Shown: positions 1 to 8,777 of the stretch, one piece after another
How positions within the stretch are numbered: position 1 is the stretch's first letter
How the letters are laid out: each line of letters opens with the position of its first letter
Assembly: GCA_020831535.1 (NCBI GenBank)
Contig: JAFIGF010000186.1
Span: 1,813 to 65,812, forward strand
DNA: 64,000 bases
Reading direction: 5' to 3'
Origin: Opitutales bacterium
GTDB taxonomy: Bacteria; Verrucomicrobiota; Verrucomicrobiia; Opitutales; T3Sed10-336
Notes under the pieces: model-generated
Seen by the model: only the letters and a program-made list of their open reading frames with translations
Told to the model about the DNA's origin: nothing
Databases searched by the model: none
Program-made: the position numbers and the translations under genes

Positions 1-1
1 G

Positions 2-430
2 CAGAGGCAAAAGCCCGGAGGCCCCGCCAATCACCGGGCGGCTTGGCAATCCATTACCAATCGTCTCAAAAACCGGGGAATCATTGTTTTTCTCTCCGAT
101 TTTCTGGAAGGTGAAAACATCCTCCCTCCCCTACTGAACCGACTCCCCAACACCCGCCATGATTGCGCGGCCTTTCACATCCTCGATCGTGACGAGATTG
201 AATTTCCCTTTTCCCAATCGACCGAATTTATCAGTCTGGAGGAAAACAGCCGTCTTCGGACCTATCCGGAATATGTCCAAGAAGACTACCAAAAGGGAAT
301 GAACGAATTTCTGAAAACCCTGTCGGAAGGATTTCGGAGCAGTCAAACGGAATACCGCTTGCTGAAGACCGACGAAACTCTCGCTCATTTTCTGGCGGCT
401 TATTTACGCCGTCGTGAACGCCTACACTGA
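2..430 (+). CDS. DUF58 domain protein, C-terminal part (5' end outside window)
   Basis: The frame is open from the window edge to TGA at 428-430, and is absent from the ORF track because it has no in-window start. The translation (...IIVFLSDFLEGENI...AAFHILDRDEIEFPFSQ...YRLLKTDETLAHFLAAYLRRRE) looks like the C-terminal half of DUF58 proteins that precede BatA-type genes. Confidence 0.6.
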   Translation, partial: QRQKPGGPANHRAAWQSITNRLKNRGIIVFLSDFLEGENILPPLLNRLPNTRHDCAAFHILDRDEIEFPFSQSTEFISLEENSRLRTYPEYVQEDYQKGMNEFLKTLSEGFRSSQTEYRLLKTDETLAHFLAAYLRRRERLH

Positions 431-447
431 CCGTAAGGGCTTTTGTA

Positions 448-2445
448 ATGCTCACCTTTCAAAATCCGGCTTTTCTTTTCGGACTCCTCCTCTTGGCGGT
501 GCCCATTTTCCTGCATCTCATCCACCGCACCATTTTTCGTCCCCAAAAATTCCCCTCGCTCCGGTTTATCTTGAAAGGAAAATTTCCCTTGGAAAACAAG
601 AGACGTCTGCGCGATATTCTTTTGCTGGCCTGCCGTCTTCTCCTCCTCGCTCTGTTGATCGGCTTTCTGGCGGGCCCGCGCTGGACCCCTCCCGAAGCTT
701 TGGCCGACAGTGCCGCCGACCAGCCGTTACATATTTTCTTTGTCGATGCCTCGGCCAGTATGAGCGGATGGGATCAAATGGAAATCGCCCGCGAAGAGAT
801 CCGGCAGCAATTGGCCGACCTTGAGGGGGCTCCGGTTGCACTCTTGGTATCGGCAGACCGACCCTTGGTGGAAATCCCCCCGACCACCGATCACCAATCG
901 ATCCTTCGTGCCCTCACCGAGGCGGAAGCGTTTTTGGTCCAGGGGCAACACCGCGAATCCCTCCAACTGGCCTACCGCTGGGCCAATGATTTCCTATCCT
1001 CCCCCGGAGCTAATATTCACCTGCATACTGATCGCCAGAACGCTTCCTGGAACCCCAGTGTTTTGCCCGCCGCGCCCTCTGGGCTCGAATGGCATTGGCA
1101 CCAACCGGTTGAAGAGCCCCGTGCCAACACGGCCATTCTCTCGGTACGTTTGCGCCCAGCTGCCGAAGAGCGCCAGGAGGCCGTCGTTGAGATCCGTCAT
1201 TTTGGCGAAAGCGAGCGACAAGTCGAAGCGGAATTGCACATCGGGGACCAGACCATTACCCGCAGCCTCAACCTTTTGCCCAACCAGACGACCCGTACCA
1301 TCATTGAGATTGATCGCCCCACCTCCAACCGGGGACGTCTTTCCCTGGAGGCCGACGATTACCCGGCTGATGACACATATCATTTCTGGGCAGGCCCTAC
1401 GCCTCCGGTGGAAGTCACTTTACTTGATCGGGAGGGATTACTTCCCTCCGAGGAAGCCTTTTTTCTCGAACGAACGCTGGAGGCTCGCAGTGAAACCCAT
1501 TGGCAGGAATTCAATCCGAACGTAGTGCAGCCGGAAACATTTTCCAGTGAAAACCCGGAACAACAGGAGGTTATTTTTCTTCTCGGCACCGGCGACCAAC
1601 TGGATGATTCACAATGGGAACATTTGGAAAGTTTTGTCGCGGAAGGCGGTCTTCTTCTCATCACCACCGGCCAGAATCCGGCCCGGCAAAACAACATTCT
1701 GCGGCAGCGGGATCTCTTAAACCTCGAAACCATCGGAGTGGCTTCAGCCACTCCGCGCAGTGGAAACGACACCATCGACTGGATCAATCCGGAAACACCC
1801 CTGGGACGTCTTTTTGACGAGGAAGACGCCCGGGCTCTCTTATTGGTCAACCTCTTCCGTCATGCCCGCATTCGAGTTGACCCCGAAGAAGCCACCACCC
1901 TGCTCCGCAATCGCGACGAGGAGCCCCTTTTGATTGAAAAGCCCTTCCACGACGGAAGAATTGTTTACAGCGCGATAGGCTTTGATACCTCCTGGAGCGA
2001 CCTTCCTCTCAGTGGCGCGTTCCTACCGCTCATTCGTGAAATCATGGCCACGAATCTCTCCGAGGATCACGGCATCCAGAGAGTAGCGACCCACCTGGAC
2101 CGCACCCCTTTGGCCCGCAGTCTTCAACTCACGCCCGACGCCCTGGCCCTGGCCGATCTTTCGCCCGATGAGCCACAAGCTCTGCAAATCGGTGAGCAAC
2201 CGGTCGAAATCAATGTTCCCCGCGAGGAGAGCGACCCCACCCCAACACCTCTCGACGAGATCGAAGCCGCTCTTATGCCCCGCGGACCTTCCCCTCAGAC
2301 CGCCGAAAGCGAGGAGGAACATCTCGCGGCGATCTCCATTTCCTGGAGACCTTATCTCCTCTTCCTGGCGGTCGCGTTTTTTCTCATGGAACTCTTTTTT
2401 GCCGCCAGCGGCAGACCGACACGCTCCCCCAGCAAAAACAGTTAA
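448..2445 (+). CDS. BatA-N-terminal-domain / VWA-like membrane protein
   Basis: 665-aa ORF. The N-terminal double-TM segment MLTFQNPAFLFGLLLLAVPIFLHLIHR matches the aerotolerance-regulator N-terminal signature. It has a MIDAS-like DxSxS (VDASASMSG) and a C-terminal TM helix. Confidence 0.7.
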   Translation: MLTFQNPAFLFGLLLLAVPIFLHLIHRTIFRPQKFPSLRFILKGKFPLENKRRLRDILLLACRLLLLALLIGFLAGPRWTPPEALADSAADQPLHIFFVDASASMSGWDQMEIAREEIRQQLADLEGAPVALLVSADRPLVEIPPTTDHQSILRALTEAEAFLVQGQHRESLQLAYRWANDFLSSPGANIHLHTDRQNASWNPSVLPAAPSGLEWHWHQPVEEPRANTAILSVRLRPAAEERQEAVVEIRHFGESERQVEAELHIGDQTITRSLNLLPNQTTRTIIEIDRPTSNRGRLSLEADDYPADDTYHFWAGPTPPVEVTLLDREGLLPSEEAFFLERTLEARSETHWQEFNPNVVQPETFSSENPEQQEVIFLLGTGDQLDDSQWEHLESFVAEGGLLLITTGQNPARQNNILRQRDLLNLETIGVASATPRSGNDTIDWINPETPLGRLFDEEDARALLLVNLFRHARIRVDPEEATTLLRNRDEEPLLIEKPFHDGRIVYSAIGFDTSWSDLPLSGAFLPLIREIMATNLSEDHGIQRVATHLDRTPLARSLQLTPDALALADLSPDEPQALQIGEQPVEINVPREESDPTPTPLDEIEAALMPRGPSPQTAESEEEHLAAISISWRPYLLFLAVAFFLMELFFAASGRPTRSPSKNS

Positions 2446-2457
2446 AAGGCCTTCACC

Positions 2458-5400
2458 ATGAAAGAACAGACTCTCCTCAGCACCTTAAAGACCCTCCGCC
2501 GAAACCGCCAGATTCGTCGGCTGGTACTCCTGATGGGCGGAGCAACCCTTTTCTATGGCGGCAGTCTTCTTCTTCTGGCGGGCCTTGATCAATTTTTCCT
2601 GTTTACCGAATGGGCTGCCTTCCTTTCCCGTTCGGTATTGTCGATTGCCGCATTGGCCTTCCTTGTTCTCGGCTTGCTGTATATTCTCCTAACCCGGCCC
2701 CGCGATTCCGTCCTGGCATCCGAATGGGAAAAGAAGCACCCCGAATGGAAAAACAGTCTGGTCACGGCGGTGGAGCAGGAAAAACTAGCCCCCGAAGAAC
2801 GAACCCCGATTGGGGAAGCGCTGATCAGGCGCATGCGAACAAAGGTCGAGGGACTGAATCCTTTGGAGACGATTCCCGCCCGACGTTTGCAAAACAATGT
2901 TCTAATCCCCCTGTTGGCGGTTGGCCTTTTATTGACCTGGATCAGCGGGCTGACCGATTTCGCCTACCGGGCCAGTGCCTTTCAGGAGGATTTGCGGGCC
3001 GGACAAAACACCGGACTCATGGTAGAGCCAGGCAACCGGGATGTACCCAAAGGGGAGGACCAACGAATCACCGCAACAATCCTGCGAGGCCCCGAGGAAG
3101 CAACAATCGAATACCAAGTCGAAGGGCAAAGAGAACGGCAGGAATACACTATGCACCCTTCCCGTGAAGGCGCTCCCCACTTTACCTTTTACGATCTCCG
3201 GGAATCAGTCCGGTATCGGGTCAAGACCCCGACGCAAAGATCCCCCTGGTATCAACTCGAAACCTTTATCCCGCCTTCCATTGATGAGATTGACCTCCAG
3301 GTTTCCCCTCCCCTGTACACCCAAGTGGAATCTGAGTCTTTCCGTGAATTACGAAACCTCCGCATCCCCGAGGGCAGCACTATCGACCTCGCCATTCAAT
3401 TGGAAAACGGGGCCGGATTTGACTTGGTTTTGGATGACGGAGAAGAAATCACCAGAAAAACCGCAGAAGCCGGCGACAAGGAGACTCTCTTCGAACTTTC
3501 CTTCCGCCCGGATCGTTCCGGGACCTGGTACCTCGAACTGTATGATGAGGAAGACCGCCGCTTACAAACCAGAACCTTCTCCCTTGACCGAACCCCCGAC
3601 AATCCACCCACCATTGAGGTTCTGCGGCCCGGCGAAGACCGCGAGGCGAAACCGGAGGAGGACATTGTGTTTGCGGCCTCCGCCTCTGATGACTACGGCT
3701 TGACCGCCATCACAATGCACCTTTCGGTTTCCGGGTTTGTGCAGGAGAATCTTCCTCTTTTCCGCGACTCGTTCCCCAGTGAAGAGGAGATAGCCGACGG
3801 AGCGGACATTCCTCTTTTGGAAACCGACCGGTCAGTCCGCATTGAAATCTCCCCCGAGGCCTTGGAAGCTCAGGACGGAGATGTGATCACCTACTACTTT
3901 ACCGCCACCGACAACCGGCAGCCGGAGCCCCAAACCTCGCGTAGCGAAGTTTTCTTTATTGAAGTGCGCGATGAACTCGAAGCGCAGGAAGCTGAGGAAG
4001 GCATGGATTTCGACGAGGAGGATCTCTTCGATGTCAGGGCCCTGATCGTCGAAATGAAACGGCTCATCCGAGTCAGTTTCCGGTCCATGGATCGCAGTAC
4101 CGCAGAGCAAGAGGAAGCCTTGCAAGATTTGACCCGCAGCATCGAGGAACTCCGAATTGAAACCAGTCAAATGCGGCAAAAAGCCGTGGATATGGCCGGT
4201 GGCGTGGAAGAAGGGATTCATATTATCGATCTTTTCAGTGGAGCCGTTCACCACATGCGGGCGGCCGGAGATTTTCTCGAGCAAGCGCTTATCCGTGAGT
4301 CTCTTCCCGACCAGGAACAGGCCCTGGCCCATCTCGTCCGTATCGAAACCGAAATGACCGAGCAAATGATGGAGTCCGAGGAAGGGGAAGGCGAAGGCGA
4401 GTCCGAAGCCGATCCATCCGAAGAAGCGGAAGACGGCGAGGGCGAAGGAGAAGGAGAGGAAGATTCGCGGCAACTTCAGGAATTGCTGCAAAGAACCCAA
4501 CGCCTGGCCGATGACCAAGGTGCCCAAAACACCCGGGCCCGTCGCTCCGCCGACCGCGAAATCGATGACGACCGGCGCCGCGAATTGAGCCGCCAGCAAG
4601 ACGAACTTTCCAGTGAGGCCAATGCCATTGCCCGCGCGCTCTCGGAGTTGCGTGGAACGGACCGGGCAACCTCCGCCGTAGTCGCCGCCCGCCGGACGAT
4701 GGAAAACGCCCTGCGCAACATCGGTGAGGACCGTCTCCGGTCCGCCCAACGCGAGGGCGAAAGGGCGCGCGCCAGTTTACTCGAAGCTATTGACGAATTG
4801 GAGGCCCTTTTACAAGACAGCGCCGCCGCCGAAGTCGAAGCCATGGCCGACCGGGCCCGCGAAATGGCCGAAAACCAACGCGGGGTCGGGGAAGGCAGCC
4901 GGGATTTGGAAGAACAGGGAGCCGAGTCCGAACAAGACCCCGGAGAATTGCAGGACCAGCAGGATGGCCTGCGCGATGACTTCGGAGACCTTCTCCGCGA
5001 ATTGGAGGATATGGCCCAGGGCTTGCGGGAAAACTTTCCTGAGGCCGCAGATGAATTGGGCGAAACCGGACGTGAAATGCGGGAGAGTGGCATTGACGGA
5101 GACATGGGCCGATCCTCCAACGCCCTGCTGTTTGAGCGCTTTGACCGCGCGGGCGAACTGAGTGATGAAATCGCCGAATTATTGGAGCAATTTGGCGGGC
5201 AAATGGGCGATACCGCTTCGCGATTGCCACAGATCACCCCCGAACGACTCCAAAGGGCCCTTGAGCAAGTCCAGGAAGGCGAGGAACAAATCGGTGAACT
5301 CTTCGGCGAAGACCCGGATGAGGCGGGTGAGCAAGGCCGGGAAATCACCGGGCGCATCGGTCAAAGTCTCGGGCGCATCGGAGAACTCTCTGGAAACGAA

Positions 5401-5625
5401 CGCCTGGAGGAGCTGGCTCAAAGCCTACTCGAAGAAGCCGAGAGAGACCCTAACCTCATTCGCTCGCAGGAGCTGCTGGAAACCTCGGCCCGTGAACTGG
5501 AACGTCAAATCATTGCCTTGGAACTTGATCGCCGGGCTCGCCTCGGGCGCATGGCCTCCCCTCCTCCCGAACGCTATCGTGACTTGGTGGAAGAATACTT
5601 CCGTTCGCTCAGCGAGTCAGAATAA
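2458..5625 (+). CDS. Large membrane-anchored acidic coiled-coil protein (function unknown)
   Basis: 1055-aa ORF, tightly spaced after the BatA-like gene. It has N-terminal TM helices, a long E/D/R-rich predicted coiled-coil C-terminal half and an EGEGEGE low-complexity run. Confidence 0.6.
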   Translation: MKEQTLLSTLKTLRRNRQIRRLVLLMGGATLFYGGSLLLLAGLDQFFLFTEWAAFLSRSVLSIAALAFLVLGLLYILLTRPRDSVLASEWEKKHPEWKNSLVTAVEQEKLAPEERTPIGEALIRRMRTKVEGLNPLETIPARRLQNNVLIPLLAVGLLLTWISGLTDFAYRASAFQEDLRAGQNTGLMVEPGNRDVPKGEDQRITATILRGPEEATIEYQVEGQRERQEYTMHPSREGAPHFTFYDLRESVRYRVKTPTQRSPWYQLETFIPPSIDEIDLQVSPPLYTQVESESFRELRNLRIPEGSTIDLAIQLENGAGFDLVLDDGEEITRKTAEAGDKETLFELSFRPDRSGTWYLELYDEEDRRLQTRTFSLDRTPDNPPTIEVLRPGEDREAKPEEDIVFAASASDDYGLTAITMHLSVSGFVQENLPLFRDSFPSEEEIADGADIPLLETDRSVRIEISPEALEAQDGDVITYYFTATDNRQPEPQTSRSEVFFIEVRDELEAQEAEEGMDFDEEDLFDVRALIVEMKRLIRVSFRSMDRSTAEQEEALQDLTRSIEELRIETSQMRQKAVDMAGGVEEGIHIIDLFSGAVHHMRAAGDFLEQALIRESLPDQEQALAHLVRIETEMTEQMMESEEGEGEGESEADPSEEAEDGEGEGEGEEDSRQLQELLQRTQRLADDQGAQNTRARRSADREIDDDRRRELSRQQDELSSEANAIARALSELRGTDRATSAVVAARRTMENALRNIGEDRLRSAQREGERARASLLEAIDELEALLQDSAAAEVEAMADRAREMAENQRGVGEGSRDLEEQGAESEQDPGELQDQQDGLRDDFGDLLRELEDMAQGLRENFPEAADELGETGREMRESGIDGDMGRSSNALLFERFDRAGELSDEIAELLEQFGGQMGDTASRLPQITPERLQRALEQVQEGEEQIGELFGEDPDEAGEQGREITGRIGQSLGRIGELSGNERLEELAQSLLEEAERDPNLIRSQELLETSARELERQIIALELDRRARLGRMASPPPERYRDLVEEYFRSLSESE

Positions 5626-5645
5626 AGCAAAGTAAGGCAACACAA

Positions 5646-7853
5646 ATGAACATCGGTATCGATCCCTATTTTCCCTGGTTTCTGACTCTTCTGGCAGTCG
5701 TCCTTGCTATTTTTCTTTTCGGGCTAACCCTGTATCGGTATTGGGGGCTGGTCGCTCCCCGTTTTCTGGGAAAACTCGCGGCTCTTCGTCTGGTGGCCCT
5801 CGCCGCCGTGGTCTTTTTGGTCCTCAATCCCTACGTCGAAAAATCAGAGCCGGACCCGGACAACTTTCGCGTAGTTTTACTCGGTGATGCCTCCGGGAGT
5901 ATGGAAACCGCTGATCTGGCCGACGGCCAAATGACCAGAGCAGAAGTCCTGGAAAGATGGATACGGAATCGACCCGACTCGCCTTTACAACCGTTACGCA
6001 ACAAAAATTATTTCCTCGAACCCCGGATCTTCTCCGAAACCGCACGCCCCCTTCCTTTCGGCGACTCTTTGCAAGCTCTCCCCGGATTGACCGCAATCGG
6101 CGATGTTTTGCATTCTGAATTGGACCGCCCCGAAGGCGAACTCCCCGAGTTGGGTGCAGTTCTTCTACTTTCCGACGGGCACTCCAATTACGGTGCGTCA
6201 CCAATGGAAGCGGCCCGGCGCTACCGGGACCGGGGAATCCCGATTTCCACCGTAGGCATTGGTCATCCGGAGGATAGCGGCCGTTTCGAAATCGGTTTTC
6301 GCCGTCCACGGCAAACCATCACCCGCGGAGAATCCACCCAGTTGGTGGCGACCCTCCGCAACCAAACAGATCGCGAGCAAACCACGGAAGTGACACTATC
6401 TGACGAGGACGAGGAAATTTTCCGCGAGACCATCACTCTCGCCGCTGGCGAAGAGGAGGAAATCAGCGAACGGGTGACGCCCTGGCGCTCCCCTTTTCAA
6501 GTCTATCGATTGGAAGCGAACTTCCCTGAAGAACCCGAACGCCGGACAGAAGTGGACTATAGTGTAGTGGAGCTGCAAGACCGCGACACTTTCCGCATCC
6601 TTTACCTGGGCGGCACCCTTTCGATGGAATACCGCTTTCTCCGGCGCGCCATCCGCCAAGCCGAATCCCTTTCCATCGAGGCCGTCATCCAAACCGGCGA
6701 GCAAACCTTTTTCCAGGCTTTGGAAGAAAGTCTGGCGGACTATGAAAACTCCACCCAAAACAGCGACACCCCCTCTCCCCTTCCCACGGACCCGTCATTC
6801 TTTTTTAACTACGACACCCTCCTGGTTGACACCCGGATACTTTTTGACCTGCCCGAGGAAACGCTGGAGGCCCTGGTGAGCTTTGCGGACCAACGCGGTG
6901 GAGGACTCCTCTTTACCGGACCACTTGAATCCGTCCCAAGCCCCTTGGAACGAATCCTTCCCATCCGTTCCACCGAGCGCGGAATCAGTCCCCGCCGTTA
7001 TCGCCTGGATATTGAGCCCGCACCGGTTTTCACCGAAATCGACGGCTCTGTCCTGTTCCGTTCTCCCTACCCATTTGTACCGGAAGAAAAAACAGTGAAC
7101 TGGTCAACCGAATGGAAACGCGGAGCCCGTCCGATCATCAAGGAGCGTGATGGGGAACGTGCACTTTTGCTCGCCCAAGCCTACGGGGCTGGCCGGGTGG
7201 CCTTTATGGGATCGGAAAGCACCTGGCGCTGGCGCATGGAATCCGACACCGGCTTTCGTCAACATCAGCAATTCTGGGAAAACCTACTCACCTGGCTATC
7301 CAGCCAAGGAAAACCCCGGATCCAAGTCCCCGCCCATGGGCAACGTTTTTCCTTAAACGAACCGATGGAAATGGCTATCGAGATTCTTGGGTCTGATTTT
7401 CGTCCGGCCCGCGAAGGCGACGTGCGGGTGACCGTGGAGAGTCCGGACGGAGACAGCGATATCTACACCCTGACCCCCTCTTTTGCCCGACCAGGCCGCT
7501 TTAGCGCCCCCTTTACGCCTCAGGAATTTGGCGAACACCGCCTTCGCTTCCGCATTGATCTCCCGGACGGCGAACAACTCGATGAGGAGGCCTGGTTTTT
7601 GGCTACGCCTACCGGGCGGGAAATGGACGATGTTACCTACCGCGAGGATGTTTTGCGCGACTTGGCACGCCTTACCGGAGGCGAGTTTTACGTCGGCGAG
7701 GACTTTCGCCGGGTAGAGGATCTGCCGGTCAGTGAAAGGATTCCGGTCCGAGTCGAGCCTCATTTCCTGGCCCACAATTTCATTCTTTTTCTTTTCCTCT
7801 TTCTCCCGATGCTTTACGAGTGGTATTTGCGCCGTAGCCACGGCCTGAAATAA
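5646..7853 (+). CDS. VWA-like membrane protein (Bat-cluster member)
   Basis: 735-aa ORF with N-terminal TM helices, a DxSxS motif (GDASGSMET) and a C-terminal TM anchor. It is co-directional and closely spaced with the preceding genes. Confidence 0.65.
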   Translation: MNIGIDPYFPWFLTLLAVVLAIFLFGLTLYRYWGLVAPRFLGKLAALRLVALAAVVFLVLNPYVEKSEPDPDNFRVVLLGDASGSMETADLADGQMTRAEVLERWIRNRPDSPLQPLRNKNYFLEPRIFSETARPLPFGDSLQALPGLTAIGDVLHSELDRPEGELPELGAVLLLSDGHSNYGASPMEAARRYRDRGIPISTVGIGHPEDSGRFEIGFRRPRQTITRGESTQLVATLRNQTDREQTTEVTLSDEDEEIFRETITLAAGEEEEISERVTPWRSPFQVYRLEANFPEEPERRTEVDYSVVELQDRDTFRILYLGGTLSMEYRFLRRAIRQAESLSIEAVIQTGEQTFFQALEESLADYENSTQNSDTPSPLPTDPSFFFNYDTLLVDTRILFDLPEETLEALVSFADQRGGGLLFTGPLESVPSPLERILPIRSTERGISPRRYRLDIEPAPVFTEIDGSVLFRSPYPFVPEEKTVNWSTEWKRGARPIIKERDGERALLLAQAYGAGRVAFMGSESTWRWRMESDTGFRQHQQFWENLLTWLSSQGKPRIQVPAHGQRFSLNEPMEMAIEILGSDFRPAREGDVRVTVESPDGDSDIYTLTPSFARPGRFSAPFTPQEFGEHRLRFRIDLPDGEQLDEEAWFLATPTGREMDDVTYREDVLRDLARLTGGEFYVGEDFRRVEDLPVSERIPVRVEPHFLAHNFILFLFLFLPMLYEWYLRRSHGLK

Positions 7854-7864
7854 CGATTCCCGTA

Positions 7865-8605
7865 ATGACTTCCGAAACCACTCCCACCACGCCCAAAAAG
7901 CAAGAAAATGTTCTTCTCAGCCTGGGCCTGAACATCATCCTGCCCGCCCTCATTCTCAGCAAGCTCAGTTCCGAGGACCGCTTGGGACCCTTCTGGGGGC
8001 TCATTATCGCCCTGGCCTTTCCGATTGCCTATTTCATTTATGATTTTTTTGCGCGGCGGAAATACAACTTTTTCTCCATTGTCGGATTTATAAGCATTCT
8101 CCTCACTGGCGGCCTGGGCCTTATGAAGATGGGAATTCTTTGGTTCGCCATCAAAGAGGCGGCCATTCCAGCCATTTTCGGAGTTGCGGTTCTCGCCTCA
8201 TTAAAAACCAAAACGCCTTTGGTGCGGCTGATGTTTTTCAATCCCTCGGTTTTTGATGTGCCCAAAGTTGAAGGGCTCCTTCGCGAGAAAAACCGTTTGG
8301 AGGCCTTCGACAAATTACTCCGTAGCGGTACGTGGATTCTAGCCGGCTCCTTCTTTCTCAGTGCGGTGCTGAACTTTTTTCTCGCCCGGTACATCCTGGT
8401 CAGTGAACCCGGGACCTCGGCCTTTACCGAGGAACTCGGGAAACTGATGTGGTGGAGTTGGCCGGTTATCGTCCTGCCCTGTATGGGGGTGATGATTTAT
8501 GCCTTTATCAAAATGGTGCGCGGCCTAAAGGCCCTGACCGGCTTAACCATGGAGGAGATGATGAACGAGGAGCACACCAGCAAAGCCGCCCCCAAGAGCT
8601 CCTAG
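7865..8605 (+). CDS. Polytopic inner-membrane protein (YciB/IspZ-like, uncertain)
   Basis: 246-aa ORF with about 6 hydrophobic helices, 11 nt after the previous stop. No catalytic motif was recognised. Confidence 0.5.
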   Translation: MTSETTPTTPKKQENVLLSLGLNIILPALILSKLSSEDRLGPFWGLIIALAFPIAYFIYDFFARRKYNFFSIVGFISILLTGGLGLMKMGILWFAIKEAAIPAIFGVAVLASLKTKTPLVRLMFFNPSVFDVPKVEGLLREKNRLEAFDKLLRSGTWILAGSFFLSAVLNFFLARYILVSEPGTSAFTEELGKLMWWSWPVIVLPCMGVMIYAFIKMVRGLKALTGLTMEEMMNEEHTSKAAPKSS

Positions 8606-8777
8606 GAAACAGCTGTGGGGAAGTTGCCTCTTGGAAACGGCAAGTCCCATTTGTCGGCGAGCAACCACCGGACAGATTATACTAAATTCTGCAGTTGAAG
8701 AAATTCTTACTGCGTCTTGAGTAAGCCGATTCCTGAAAAAACAGGATAAATTGGTCTTATCAGGAAGACTTTAGACT

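Noticed and set aside
4375-4460. A short-period GAAGGNGAAGGNGAG repeat that superficially resembles a repeat array.
   Set aside because: It lies in frame within a long ORF and encodes EGEGEGE low complexity. It has no spacer/repeat organisation, so it is not CRISPR.
3832-5357. Minus-strand ORFs of 305 aa and 293 aa inside the 1055-aa acidic protein gene. Similar antisense ORFs occur in gspD (37503-38465) and cysS (19149-19964).
   Set aside because: They are antisense shadows of GA-rich or GC-rich coding sequence. Their translations are Ser/Arg/Pro-rich nonsense.
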